DNA of 64,000 nucleotides from Strigamia acuminata (Eukaryota): NCBI GenBank assembly GCA_949358305.1, contig OX442314.1, positions 21,824,001 to 21,888,000 of the forward strand, read 5' to 3'. Shown piece by piece: positions 50,938 to 63,172 of this stretch (position 1 is its first letter; each line of letters starts with the position of its first letter). The notes under the pieces were generated by a model. It saw only the letters and a program-made list of their open reading frames with translations, ran no database searches and was not told where the DNA came from. The position numbers and the translations under genes were made by a program.

Positions 50938-51828
50938 ATGTTATCATTACATCGCCTCGTTTTCATTTCCATAGCATTTCTCCAAATTCGTTTCTCCAGA
51001 GTGTCCAGACCTCATTAACCATGGAAATCCTATTTCAGATTTACCTTTTGAATTCAATGCTGATAACTTGCATTTGCTCAATGATGCACCACTTAAAGCG
51101 TTAATGGAATTACACGAATTTCCTGAATATTATGCACTATCCATTGACCCAGAAGCATTCATGACCATGGTACAACACAAACAAACCATAAAAAAATGTT
51201 CCAAACATTATGTTTACATTCCGAAATTTTAAATCTCTCACAGGAAGGAATAATTAAGTACCACGACTATCCAATCGAGATCCACACGGTAAAAACAGCT
51301 GATAATTACACATTGACGATGCAGAGGATTCCACATGGCAAAGACGGACCTGGAACATTGCCAAGAAAATCCGTATTACTCCAACACGGTTTGCTTTGCT
51401 CAGCAGCATCGTGGGTCACCAATACCCCAGATAAAATTCTGCGTAAGTCACTTAAATGACTAAAAGTGCAAATAAAACATTTGCAGTTTACCTTTTTCGG
51501 TTGTAGTTCACTTCTGCCCCAATGTTCGCCATTGTTAGGTTGCTTTGATTTCATTTGTTTGTGTTGTGTGTGGTTGTTTTTGGTTCGGTTAGGTCAGGTT
51601 AGGTCAGGTTAGGTTAGGTTAGGACCTAGGTTAGATCTAAACCTAACCTAACCTAACCTAACAATGGCAAACATTGGGGCAGAAGTGAACTACAACCCCT
51701 TTTTCAATTTCAGCATACTTAATAGCAGATGCCGGTTACGACGTGTGGTTAGGAAATATTCGTGGCACATTGTTCGGCAATAAACACGACATTCTAACAC
51801 CCAAAGATAAAAAATTCTGGCAATACAT
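50938..51828 (+). pseudogene. Truncated, frameshifted tandem duplicate of the acid lipase
   Basis: Exons 50938-51169, 51244-51442 and 51714-51828 parallel lipase exons 1-3. The ATG frame stops at TAA near 51016 while the [14 protein letters not shown]...IDPEAFMTM homology is in another frame. The catalytic exons are absent. Confidence 0.85.
51499..51697. mobile_element. MITE with 8-bp TSD (Merlin-like GG termini) carrying (TTAGG)n/(CCTAA)n
   Basis: About 43-bp TIR GGTTGTAGTTCACTTCTGCCCCAATGTTYGCCATTGTTAGGTT (one mismatch). TSD CCTTTTTC at 51491-51498 and 51698-51705. Confidence 0.9.
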
Positions 51829-51894
51829 GTACAAAATACTTACAAATATTAAAAAGGCCGGTGGTCGGTATAAATTGTAATTTTCCTCCCACAG

Positions 51895-52035
51895 ATGATT
51901 GCTAGATATTTCATTTGAAAACTGATGAAACAAGTTGGAGGAACAAATTGACCGGTGGCTTGTGCAAGATTTTGTTGGCAGGATGTGATTGCCTTAGTTT
52001 ACTTGTATATAGAGAAAATGTAATTGCAGTTAATG
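51895..52035 (-). pseudogene. 5' remnant (promoter plus MKYLAII) of the small secreted-peptide gene at 56886-57059
   Basis: Direct-repeat similarity to 57039-57155 (GATGATTGCTARATATTTCATTT...GATGAAACAARTTGGAG...GCAGGATGT..TTGC). Homology ends abruptly after codon 7. Confidence 0.65.
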
Positions 52036-52949
52036 GCCATGTATAGAATTCAATTATTTTTATTCAATTGATTTCACTACACAATAAATTTTAATGTTTT
52101 AATTAATTAAAATGAATTGATAGCTGAGTAACAATAAGAAAAATGCAAAACTCTTTGTTGGCAAACCAACAATTTCACTGAATCAGATCACAGAAGCAGA
52201 AGTTTTGCGACCAGAAGTGGGATGAGGAGACTTTTTCTTGCCTGTTATTTTTTAAAGCATGAACCTGCAAACGTATCGTGGGTATTGCAATTATAGAAAA
52301 ATACCTACTGTAAGTGTTTCAAGTGAGGCCAAGAAAGTGCCATTGGGCCAGATAAATATTTTTAGTGGGAAAATTAATTAATTTGGGTTAAGTTAAATTG
52401 GTGGAACAAAAAAATTAATTTAGTGTGAAATTCAGAAAGAGGGAAATTTAATATTTATTCAGTGGGAATTTCAGGAAAATTAGTGGGGTTTTAATTTATC
52501 ACCTTAGACTATACCTGACACGAGTCAAGGTTATTTTTAAATTTATAATTTATAATTTATAATTTATAATTTATAATTTATCAATTCTTTTCTCTGTTTT
52601 CTTAAGCGGCAAGATGACGCACCAGCAGATGTCGATGGACAAGACGCGCTGCTCCTTTACGACCACCGCGCCGAATGGGCCAAAGATAGTGCCCAAGAGC
52701 GCTGTTGACAGGCGCAAGAGGTATTTAGACACCCTTGGTAACCCTCCTTGTATTGAAAATTTGTTTGTAAATTTTATAAACCTAGAAAAACAAATAAAAT
52801 AAGAAAATGACTTTCTTTATATCCATACAAGTATACACGAAGACCAATCAATTTCAAAGAACAATAAAAAATAATAATATTAAATTATTCCTTTTTGTTC
52901 AAGTCCCCGCCGCGACCACGACGACGACTTCTGATGGCAAAGAGAAAAA

Positions 52950-55900
52950 TTAATAACGACGACGACGACGACGACGTGGCCTCGGCGCAGGTAGTCCAAA
53001 AGGATCGAGGTTTGGCGCAGGTTGTCCAAAAAGAAAAGGGTCTGGCGCAGGTGGTGGTGGTCCAAAAAGAAAAGGGTTTGGCGCAGGTGGTCCAAAAAGA
53101 AAAGGGTCTGGCGCAGGTGGTCTAAAACGAAAGGGGTCTGGAGCAGGTACTGCCAGCGGAAGCCTCGGCGCAGGTGCCACCGGCGGGGGCCTCGGTGCAG
53201 GTCGCCAAAAATTAAAGGGCCAAGGCAAGTTGAATGGCAGTTGAGCCTGCGCAGGCTGCTGCTGGTTGGCGTAGTTGTTAGCGGCCATCGGTCGGGGGTC
53301 TTGGAAGACGATCTGGCCTTGCTCGTTAACCCTGGGCATGGCGGCCCGTGCGTACAGCTGCTGCTGCCTCTGCACGGCCGCAAACGGCGCTTGGGCCGGG
53401 TCGTGCCTCAGCTCCGACCCCCGCGCTTCCGGGTGCGTCTCCATGTAGTCCTGCTTCGCCTTCTTGGCGCCCTCCTGCACCTCCAGCCGATGTAGTTCAT
53501 CGTCGTTCGAGAATAGAGGACACCTGATAATTCAAATGAGATTAATTAACTTTTGTGAGTCCTTAACTCACCTTCTGTCGTCGAAATGCTTGTAGTCCCT
53601 GATGGTCTCGCGACACAGGTAGCAGAACTGCTGGCCGCACGTGCACGTCATCTTGTTGCAGCCGTGTTCTTTGATGATGCGCCGCTTGCACTTCGGACAC
53701 GTGCGCACCAACGCATCAGTCATGTGGTCCTCGACGTACGTGCGGAACTGTACTTCGGATTTCTGCTCGTCGCAGCCCAGCGGGAGGTGGTTCGGCTGCT
53801 TGCACAATCTTCATTTACAAACCAAATTAGCTTTTTATTTATTCCTTTTTTCGTCTTTCTTTACCTGCATGTCACTTTGAGACATTCTGGATTCAAGCAG
53901 CGAAAGATCTTGAGGCTTGCGTCCAGAATGATGGCGCAAAACGAGCAGTGAGGACACGACTCGAGATCCGGGATGTCGGCGCGCCGGATCTCCTCCTCCT
54001 GCATCTTGCGCACGACGTTGGAGAACACGTTGGCGGGCAAAACATCCTGCAGCACGATGGGCGGGAAGGCGCTCTCGCAGTACGGGTCGATGCAGGGGAA
54101 CTCGTACTTGCCCAGGCCGATGTGCATCTCTGCCTGACGCCGTACGCACGTCCTGCAGAACAGGTGTCCATCCGTGCATTGCAGCATGTCCTCCAAGAGC
54201 ACTTCGTCCTCGAAGCAGCAACTGCACTCCATCAGCTCGTCGGCTGCCTTCGCCACTGCGATTTTACTCAGGCGCTGCTCTTCCTTGTCTTTTTTGTATT
54301 CTAAAAATTGAATCACACGTAATTACACGACATGATTTATAATTTTAAATTACGTTTGATTTTGTCTTCCATTTCGATGAACAACTTCTCTTTGTAGAAG
54401 AGTTCGTCGATCGTTTTCGGCATGAGCACGCGTTGAGTCGGAAACTTCTTTGTCCTCACGGTCTTTTTCGTCTTCTTGGCTAGCGGTTCTGCATTCATCG
54501 AATTAATCGATTAAGTTTATTATTTATTAATTTATCAATTGATTAATTCACCTTCTGTTGGGGAGACGTTCCAAATGGCATTCAACTCCTTCATGACTGG
54601 CGTGAGGTGGAAACGGTGTTTATGCATCACTTTCAACAAATCGGCGCGGAACGCGTATTTAAACTGGTTTTGGAGGTAGCGATCGACGTGGAATCTGTAC
54701 GATGCAGTCGTGGTTCTCTCTTCGTTGTTGAAATAGTTCTCCGGGTCCGGGAACATCTCCAAGAACTCCTCGACGCTAAAATCGCTGCAAAACGGAAAAA
54801 ATTAATAAAGATATATATACATTATAACAATATTCGAGCACATTAAACAACAAGAAAACCTTTCCACAATTTTCCGTTTAGTCGCCGCTTGTCGAACTTC
54901 CGCCAACTTCGGATAATTCCGATTTTCCATCCACCCGTAGACCGTTGCGTTGATGTTATTCACATTGTCTGCCGATTTCTCGACGAAGTTACGTAGATAA
55001 TCGGGATCGGCGTCCGGGAAGAGCTCTAAAATCGATTTCACTTTCTCCATCGCCATCGATTCGGCCGATGTCGCTGCCCCATCATTCCCGGCGCTCCGAA
55101 CGTCATTCGCCGCAGGAAACGGCGCCGGCCCGTTCATTCCGAGCAACTCGCCGATCACGATGCGTACTCGGTCCGGATTCGCGTGGAACGCCTCCAAATA
55201 CGCGAGGATCTCCTCGCGGCTCTTGTTCCGAACGACTTTGCTAACCACCTCCACATCATTCAGCAATTCGTCGTATTTGTCCGCTTTCTGTTCCCCCGGG
55301 ATGTTCAATGGCGCTTCTTCGGGTTCCTTTAGCCATTTGGTGATCAACCGATCGATCACGATGTTCGTTCTGTTGGCATTCGCGCTCACTGGTTCAAGCA
55401 ACGCATAAACCTCGTTCGGATCTACTATAAAATCCGAATAAAGTTCGCGAAGCTTGTTAACGATCAAAGCTACTTCCTATATTTAAATTAAATCCCTTTT
55501 AATTATTTTATTTGATAGTTTGGATTAATTTACGATGAAATACTTCTGTGATGTCGTTTTCAGCTTCTGGCGCGGGCGCAACGGCGATCATGCCGGGAAT
55601 GTTCGGACGATCCGCAATGTCGTCGTCGTTGCCGTTTTCTTCAACTGCGTAGTGTGGCGCGGGCGGTACTGCGATCATCCCGGGAATGTTTGGACGATCC
55701 GCAATGTCGTCGTCGTCGCCATTTACTTTAACTGAGTAGTGTGGCGCGGGCGGAACTGCGATCATCCCGGGAATGTACGGACGATCCGCAATGTCGTCGT
55801 CGTCGCCGTTTTCTTCAACTGCGTAGTGTGGCGCGGGCGGTACTGCGATCATCCCGGGAATGTTTGGACGATCCGCAATGTCGTCGTCGTCGCCGTTTAC

Positions 55901-56269
55901 TTCAACTGCGTATGGTGCGGGCGGTACTGCGATCATCCCGGGAATGTTCGGACGATCCGCAATGTCGTCGTCGTCGCCGTTTTCTTCAACTGCGTAGTGT
56001 GGCGCGGGCGGAACTGCGATCATCCCGGGAATGTTCGGACGATCCGCAATGTCGTCGTCGTCGTCGTCGCCGTTTACTTCAACTGAATAGTGTGGCGCGG
56101 GCGGAACTGCGATCATCCCAGGAATGTATGGAATGTCGTCGTCTTCGTCTTCGTCGTCAATGTCATCGTCGTCGTCTGTGATGTCGTTTTCAGCTTCTGG
56201 CGCGGGCGCAACGGAAATCTTACCGGGAGTGGTCGGACGATCCTCATTGTCGTCGCCGTCAATGTTCAT
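52950..56269 (-). CDS. RNF216: RNF216/TRIAD3-like RBR E3 ubiquitin ligase, copy A
   Basis: Exons 56269-55544, 55476-54860, 54784-54552, 54488-54354, 54300-53865, 53808-53572 and 53523-52950. RING1 ECSCCFEDE...CTDGHLFCRTC, IBR CPHCSFC...CLNPEC, RING2 with catalytic Cys in KEHGCNKMTC, and CUE-like LELFPDADPDYL. Start codon uncertain. Confidence 0.92.
53000..53145 (-). repeat. Coding repeat, about 30-bp unit (PAPDPFLFGP) in the C-terminus of RNF216 copy A
   Basis: About five copies of GTCCAAAAAGAAAAGGGTCTGGCGCAGGT-like units. Confidence 0.9.
55545..56260 (-). repeat. Coding minisatellite, about 87-bp unit (DDDDIADRPNIPGMIAVPPAPHYAVEENG)
   Basis: Seven IPGMIAV-containing units plus one degenerate unit in the translated ORF. 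Confidence 0.95.
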
Positions 56270-56885
56270 CGTCTTTGCTGTGACGGGATTTTAAAAATTC
56301 AACTTTTTTCATCGATTTTCATGTTTAAATTAAGAAATCATGCCGGTTATTTATTGATATTTATAACGGCTCAACTCTGTGAAAAGAAACGGGAAATCAA
56401 TCGGAAGTTTAATCTATTTCTCAGAAATACCTGAATCAATTTGCTCTTAGGCCTTTTCGGCCGAGATTCGACCAAAGCCGAAGCTTGCATGGCTCGTGAA
56501 ATGAATTTAAAATTGCGCGCGCTGAACTCGCGCCGTTCTGTTTGATTTGTTTTTGTTTGTTGATTCTAAGTTGAATTTCGTCGGCAGATGGACTGCTAGA
56601 CGGAAATCGATCGGTCGCAACCATTCGACCAACAAAAACGATATGCGCCTCCATATTTACAGTCGAAAATAAAAACCAACCGGCTCGAACTCCGTGAAAC
56701 AGAGCCACAAAGTAAACAAATACATTTTAAAACACCAAGTTTTTAATCAATATTTTTTTTTATTTAACATATGTTTACATTGTCTATTTGCAATATTGTT
56801 AAAATGTTTATTTTTCTGGTTCGTCTCGGGTTTGTCCATGGGGCAGAGCCCGATGTTTGAACACTTTTGGCCTATTCCTCATTAG

Positions 56886-57059
56886 CTATAAGCATCTGCA
56901 GAGATTGGTCTTTCCATCACAAATATGTACCCTCCCTCCGTTTTCGCAGTTAAATTTGCCTCCTTCATATGTGTGTGCATCAGCCGTCATTGCTAATCGG
57001 ATGAACTTACCCATGCACGACAGAATTACAAGGAACGAGATGATTGCTAAATATTTCAT
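56886..57059 (-). CDS. Putative small secreted Cys-containing peptide
   Basis: TATATAAA at about 57132-57125 and signal-peptide-like MKYLAIISFLVILSC. The unspliced ORF ends C-x8-C-x6-C-x-C-L*. A GTAAGT donor after codon 16 may indicate a different spliced product. Confidence 0.4.
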   Translation of the reverse strand: MKYLAIISFLVILSCMGKFIRLAMTADAHTYEGGKFNCENGGRVHICDGKTNLCRCL

Positions 57060-59156
57060 TTTCAACGGATGAAACAAATTGGAGAATCTTATTAGCAGGA
57101 TGTCATTGCACTAGATTGCGATAGTTTATATAGAAAGAATGGTAATTACATTTAATCGACACATCAAGCCCAGGACTATCGACATTTCAAAAATTTTTCT
57201 AGCATCTAACCCAAAGGAAAAAAAAATTGCAAAAATGTATGAAAATGATTCTAATCTCTGAAAATTTCATTTTTATGTTGAAAGTTAACCAATTTGTTGT
57301 TTGCAAAAGGTGCGTGACAAAATTAATTGAGATTGAGTGTGAAATTAGTGGGTAAACAATGAAAATTTCATGAATTATTTTTTTAATTTTAATTTAGTTT
57401 AATTTTTTTGTTTGATCCTACGGCGCAACATCTCGCATTTTTCAATTCCTTGTGCGATGCCGTGTAGTTTCAAGGGGGCGTTTTCAATTTTTAGTTCAAT
57501 ATAAGGCGTTTTTTGCTCGTCATTTATGACGCTTGATCATATGCAATCATGCATGATCATCAGTTATCCAGACAAGTGAAAATCTAAATATTACTTTCTG
57601 GAAAACTGATCATGTAAACAAACCAGTTTTTCGGAAAAGAAAGACTTATTTTTGGGGACCCGGCGCTTAATTGGGGCCGGCACAAATCTATGTCTTCACT
57701 AAAAGATTTAAGAAAACTGTAGCCGTTTTGAGGTTTTGGAAGTTGTTATGAAAGATGGCGGATTAGTCGCATCTCTGTTTGATGAAATTGAGTGTTCTAG
57801 TCAATTTGTACAATGCTCGAAAAGCACTTTGTAAACTTATCGATCAACTTGTCATTCCGAAGAAGTTTATTAAAGTTAAAACCAAAGTTGATCTCGTGCT
57901 TATTTATGTCGGGAAGCAGTTGTGCAATTTGCTTAAATTCCCAGACACGCAAGTTTTGACGTCAACATATACAATGTAATTTAGAGATACAATGTATAAA
58001 CAATTATTACTAACTAACCAACCATGATAAACACTTGCAAATCTCAACTTAAGATCACTTCGGGTTGCTCAGGCAAGAATTAGAGTTAAAATAATTATGG
58101 CTTCAGAATAAAAGATAAAATAGAATTAAAATTGTATTAAAATAAAATGTTAAATATAAATAATATGAAATCTTCACGGCAATGAAAACTTGTCTGGATT
58201 AAAAAAAAGAAGTACCGTGTAGTTTCAATAAAATATAAAATTTAATAAAACTGACATGACCATTTTAATTCGAGAGATTTTACTTTTACAACATCATGTG
58301 AAAACAAATAAATATTGTACAGTCCTGTGCACCAAGTTGCCTAGAAGAAACCATAAGAATTTGCGATTTCGAACGACTCGACCTGTTGTCAAGAGCTAAT
58401 CGTTTTTAATCCGCTCAAATGGTTTATCTTAAACGTTGGAAATTGCTCGTTTGACAAGCTTTAAGTTAATCTTTCAAACTTTATTTCAAAGCTAATAAAA
58501 TTAATCCTTGCTTCACTGCAATGCTTCGAAATAATTGCTCGTTCTAAAAATGTGGAAAATGGTTAATACCGGTCATTTAAACCCGTTTAAAAGAAGTTTT
58601 GAACGAGATTTACGGTTATTATTATCGGCGCCACTACGATGTAAGGTGAGCAATTTTGCACCAGTTTTTTTTTGTAGACGACTAAAGAAGAAGAATGATA
58701 CTTATGTGTATACGTAGTTAGGCCTGGAAACAAAAAGAAAAGCGAGGGCGAGGAAACAATGCAGGTCGTTGATTCTCAAAATCCGTGAAATCGTTCCACG
58801 AATAATAATAATAATAATAATGAAAATAATAACAATAATTTTGCAACTAAAATAATAAAAAAGAATGAGAACGATATAGAACGACGGTCATCTCACAACT
58901 TTTGGCTCACGCTTCCAAATCTAGGCCTGAAAACCTATTTCGGGTTCTTCTTGCCACAAATGTTTGGTCAGTGGTGGAACTTTTCTTCCACCCTGTTTTA
59001 TTTGACGGTTCGAACTGATCGCATCAAATTTCCAGGTGAACATTCGAATAATTCTTGCAAAACCCGTTCTAACTTGCCGTTTCATTTCACAGTGTGGAAC
59101 AGTTATGGATATCAACAAAAAAGCACACTGATTTCTTAATTTAAGAATGAAAAACA

Positions 59157-62100
59157 ATGAAAAAAGTTACATTTTTTAAACCCCGCCACAGCAGCGACGA
59201 GTCCGACGACGAAGACGGAGACGGAGACGACGACGACAACGATGACAATGACGACGACGACGAAGACGACGAAGACGAAAACGACGACATTGCGTACATT
59301 CCCGGGATGATCGCAGTTCCTCCCGCGCCACACTACGCAGTTGAAGAAAACGGCAGCGACGACGACGATGACGACGACGACGACAACTTTGACAACATTG
59401 TGAACCGTCCGTACCTTCCTGGTATGATCGCCGTTACTCCCGCGCCACAGCACACAGTTGAAGTAAACGACACCACAGAAGTATTTCGTCGGAAATTAAT
59501 CCCAACTATCAAACAAAATAATTAAAATGGAATTACTTTGTATGTAGGAAGTTAATTATATCGTGAACAGGCTTCGAGTGCTCCACCCGGATTTCATGGT
59601 GGATCGGAATGAAGTTTACGCGTTGATTGAAACCTTGAGTGCGAATCCCAACAGAACAAACATCGTAATTGATCGTTTGATCACCGAACGGTTAAAGCAA
59701 CCCGCACAAGCGTCGTTGGACTTCCCGGAAGAAAACCAACCGAACACATTGAACGAATTGATCAACGATGTTGAGGTCGTGAGCAGATTCGTTCCTAACA
59801 AGAGCCGGGAGGAAATCCTCGCGTATCTGGAGGCGTATCACGGGAATGCAAACCGGGTGCGCTTAGTCATTGGCGAGTTGCTCGATTTGAAGGAGATGGC
59901 GCCGTTTTCCGTGACGAACACAGCCCCGAATGCCGGGAATAACGGGCTGGAAGCAATCGCGTCCACTTCGACCGAAAAGAGTAACCATCTGTCGGCGACG
60001 ATGGAAAAAGTCAACTTGATTTTAGAGCTCTTTCCGGACGCTGATCCCGATTATCTACGTAATTTCGTCGAGAAATGGGCAGACAATGTAAATTACATCA
60101 ACGCAACGGTCTACGGCTGGTTGGAAAGTCGTTCGTATCCCAGGTTGGCCGAAGCTCAAAAGGCGGCGGTCAAACGGAAGTTTGTCGAAAGGTTTCTACT
60201 AATTTTCTCTGTTTTATTTAGTTTTTACAGTTTTTGATATTTTTTTTTCATGATTTGTCGTTGTTTGTATTGATTTTTGTCATCATTTTCCACTGAAATT
60301 TTTTTGCAGTAAGTTCAGCGTTGAGGAATTCCTGGAGATGTTCCCAGACCCGGAGAACTACTTCAAAAACAACGACCGAGTCGTGAGTGCGTCGTACCGG
60401 TTGCACGTTCAATGCTACGTCAGTAACCAGTTCCGATACGCGTACAAAAACGATTTGACACAAGTGATGGAGAAACACCGTTTCCACCTCACGCCCATCA
60501 TGAAAGAGATGAATGCGCTCTGGAACGTTTCCCCCACTGACGGTGAATTCGTCAAACGAAAATAACAAATTGTGACTGTCTGGTCAAATAAACAACAATG
60601 GTGTAAATTACTTTTAAAGAGAAGTTTATTGTTGTTTATTTACTTTATTTTAAAATGATTAAGTCTAATATTAGGCTTAATACTGCTAAATAACAACTGG
60701 AATTAGAGAATCGCCGGATGGGATGCGCAGGATGGGATGCGCAGTACCATATTACCTCACATTAAGCTGCATGCTGGTGCAGTTAGTTTTTTACCAGCAT
60801 ACCGATTAACCCCAGTTTTAACAGCATGCCGGTGTAAAACGTAAGAATTTTTCTAAATGAGAATTCAGCCAAAACAAGCATAAAATCTTTTTTAGATTTT
60901 CAAAATGTAAGAAATTGGCTTAAATTTCTATAAATTTACCCAGATTTTAGTAACAATCTGAAAAAAATTAAGAAAACCAAAATTTTCAGCTCAAAAACCA
61001 ACATAATTATTCATCCAGGCTCTTTGAAGTAAAAAAACAAAAAACACCACTTTTTTACTTATACCGGCATGTTTCGCTTTATACCAGCATGCCGGTATAA
61101 TAAACTTTTTGTATGAAATTTAAAAAACTTGTTAAACCCATGCCCAAAGGCAAGCCGCTTAATGTGAGGTAATACGGTACGAATTTAACATCCAGATACC
61201 GGGCGTGAACTGTAGGTCAGTCCACACTCCACAAGGGTAGGGCTGACTTTGGGGCCATTGGGCAGTGTCTGTCAGTGACGCTTCGTACCTTTGGGTGGCC
61301 AAACGGTCACAAAATAATCAATTTACTTGATTAATTCGATTAATTACAGAACCGTTAATCAAGAAAAAGAGAGAGAACTTGAGGAAAAAGAAGGCGATGA
61401 GCCCCCTGAAAGTCATGCCGCAACAAATTGACGAACTCTTCTACAAAGAAAAGTTGTTCATCGAGATGGAAGACAAGATCATTCGTACAGTTTAAAAAGC
61501 AAAAATCGTGTCATGCAATTATATGTCATATCTTTTCTAGAATACAAGAAAGACAAGGAAGCGGAACGTCTGAGTAAAATCGAAGTGGCGAAGGCAAACG
61601 ACGAACTGATGGAGTGCAGTTGCTGCTTCGAGGACGAAGTGCTCATGGAGGACATGCTGCAGTGCACGGACGGGCACTTGTTCTGCAGATCGTGCATCCG
61701 GCGCCACGCCGAGGTGCACATTGGCCAAGGCAATTACCACTTCCCCTGCCTCGACCCGTACTGCGAGCGCGAGTTCCCGCCCATCGTGCTGCAGATTGTA
61801 TTACCACCCAACGTGTTCTCCAACGTCGTGCGCAAGCAGCAGGAAGAAGAGATCCGGTGTGCCGACATCCCGGATCTCGAGTCGTGTCCTCACTGCTCGT
61901 TCTGCGCCATCATTCCGGACGCGAACCTCAAGATCTTTCGCTGCCTCAACCCGGAATGTCTCAAAGTGACGTGCAGGTGACGAAAAAAAAGAAAAAAAGG
62001 AATAAATAAAATGCTAATTTAGTTTGTAAATGAAGGTTGTGCAAGGAACCAAACCACCTACCGCTGAGGTGCGACGAGATCGAGCAGAAACCCGAAGTGC

Positions 62101-62842
62101 GGTTCCGCACATACATCGAGGACCACATGACTGACGCGTTGGTGCGCACGTGTCCCAAATGCAAGCGGCGCATCGTCAAAGAACACGGCTGCAACAAGAT
62201 GACTTGCACGTGCGGCCAGATCTTCTGCTACGTGTGTCGCGAGGCCATCAAGGACTACAAGCATTTTGATAATGGAAGGTGAGGCAAGGCTTGATTGAAA
62301 TGGAATGCAAATTGATGAATTGATCCAACTTCAGGTGCCCTAAATTCTCAAACGACGCCGAAATGCATCGGCTGGAGGTGGAGCAGGGCGCCAAGAAGGC
62401 CAAGCAAGAGTACATCGAGACGCATCCGGAAGCGCAAGCGGTCGAGCTGCGCCACGACCCGACCAAAACGCCGTTCGCGGCCGTGCAGCAGGCCCAGCAA
62501 CAGTACGCGCAGGGTTTCATGCCCATGGTCAACGAGCGTGGCCAAATCGTCTTCCAGCGACTCATGCAGCAGCAGCAAGCCCAAGCCCAACTGGCGGTCG
62601 CCGCCAACGCCAATGCCAACGCCATCATCCGACCAGTACAACCCGCGCCGAGGAATCTGCCCAGGCCCCCGCCCAGGCCCCCGCCCAGGCCTCTTCCCAG
62701 GCCCCCGCCCAGGCCCCCGCCCAGGACTGTGCCAGTGCTCCCGCCCAGACCCCCGCCGAGAACCCTACTGAGGCCGGTTGCGCCAGCGACACAAGTGGCG
62801 GACAACGCAGGTACTCCTCGTTTCGTTCGTGCGTCCAATTAA
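59157..62842 (+). CDS. RNF216: RNF216/TRIAD3-like RBR E3 ubiquitin ligase, copy B
   Basis: Exons 59157-59480, 59548-60191, 60310-60542, 61350-61484, 61541-61976, 62036-62278 and 62335-62842 (or splicing at 62810). Same intron positions as copy A; RING1-IBR-RING2 intact (KEHGCNKMTC). Confidence 0.92.
60747..61177. mobile_element. Tc1/mariner-type MITE in an intron of RNF216 copy B
   Basis: TIR CCATATTACCTCACATTAAGC / GCTTAATGTGAGGTAATACGG (one mismatch), TA on both flanks, internal ACCAGCATGCCGGT-type repeats. Absent from the homologous short intron of copy A. Confidence 0.85.
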
Positions 62843-63172
62843 CGACAACAATTCAATTTGACAGGCAACAAAAACAACCGGAATAAGCGAGGCAACTCGT
62901 CGTCGTCGTCGTCGTCGTAATTAATTTTTCTCTTTGGCATCCAAGGACGTTGTGTACACAAACAAAAATCAATTTTCTTCATTGTTTGTTCTTTGAAATC
63001 GATGGATTGATTGATTGGTCGTCGTCGTTTACATGAAAAGAAATTCTATTTTACTTCTCACTTTTATCTTAAATTCAGAATAAATGACGGTGAACTCGAT
63101 TTGAAATTTGTCTCTATGATTATTTACATGATTAGCACTTCGTATCTTATCAATTGAATTTGATTTCTGCAG

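Noticed and set aside
51585..51662. Head-to-head telomere repeats as a chromosome end-to-end fusion site
   Set aside because: They lie inside a TIR/TSD-bounded MITE within a lipase intron whose flanking exons remain colinear.
55535..56434. Regularly spaced repeats and plus-strand ORFs that could be mistaken for a CRISPR-like array or separate genes
   Set aside because: The units are near-identical along their whole length with no unique spacers, and there are no cas genes. They are the coding minisatellite of RNF216 copy A; the plus-strand ORFs are antisense shadows.
57700..58620. Protein-like fragments between the RNF216 copies, or the missing lipase 3' exons
   Set aside because: Frames are broken by stops, no lipase motifs appear on either strand, and no family could be recognised.
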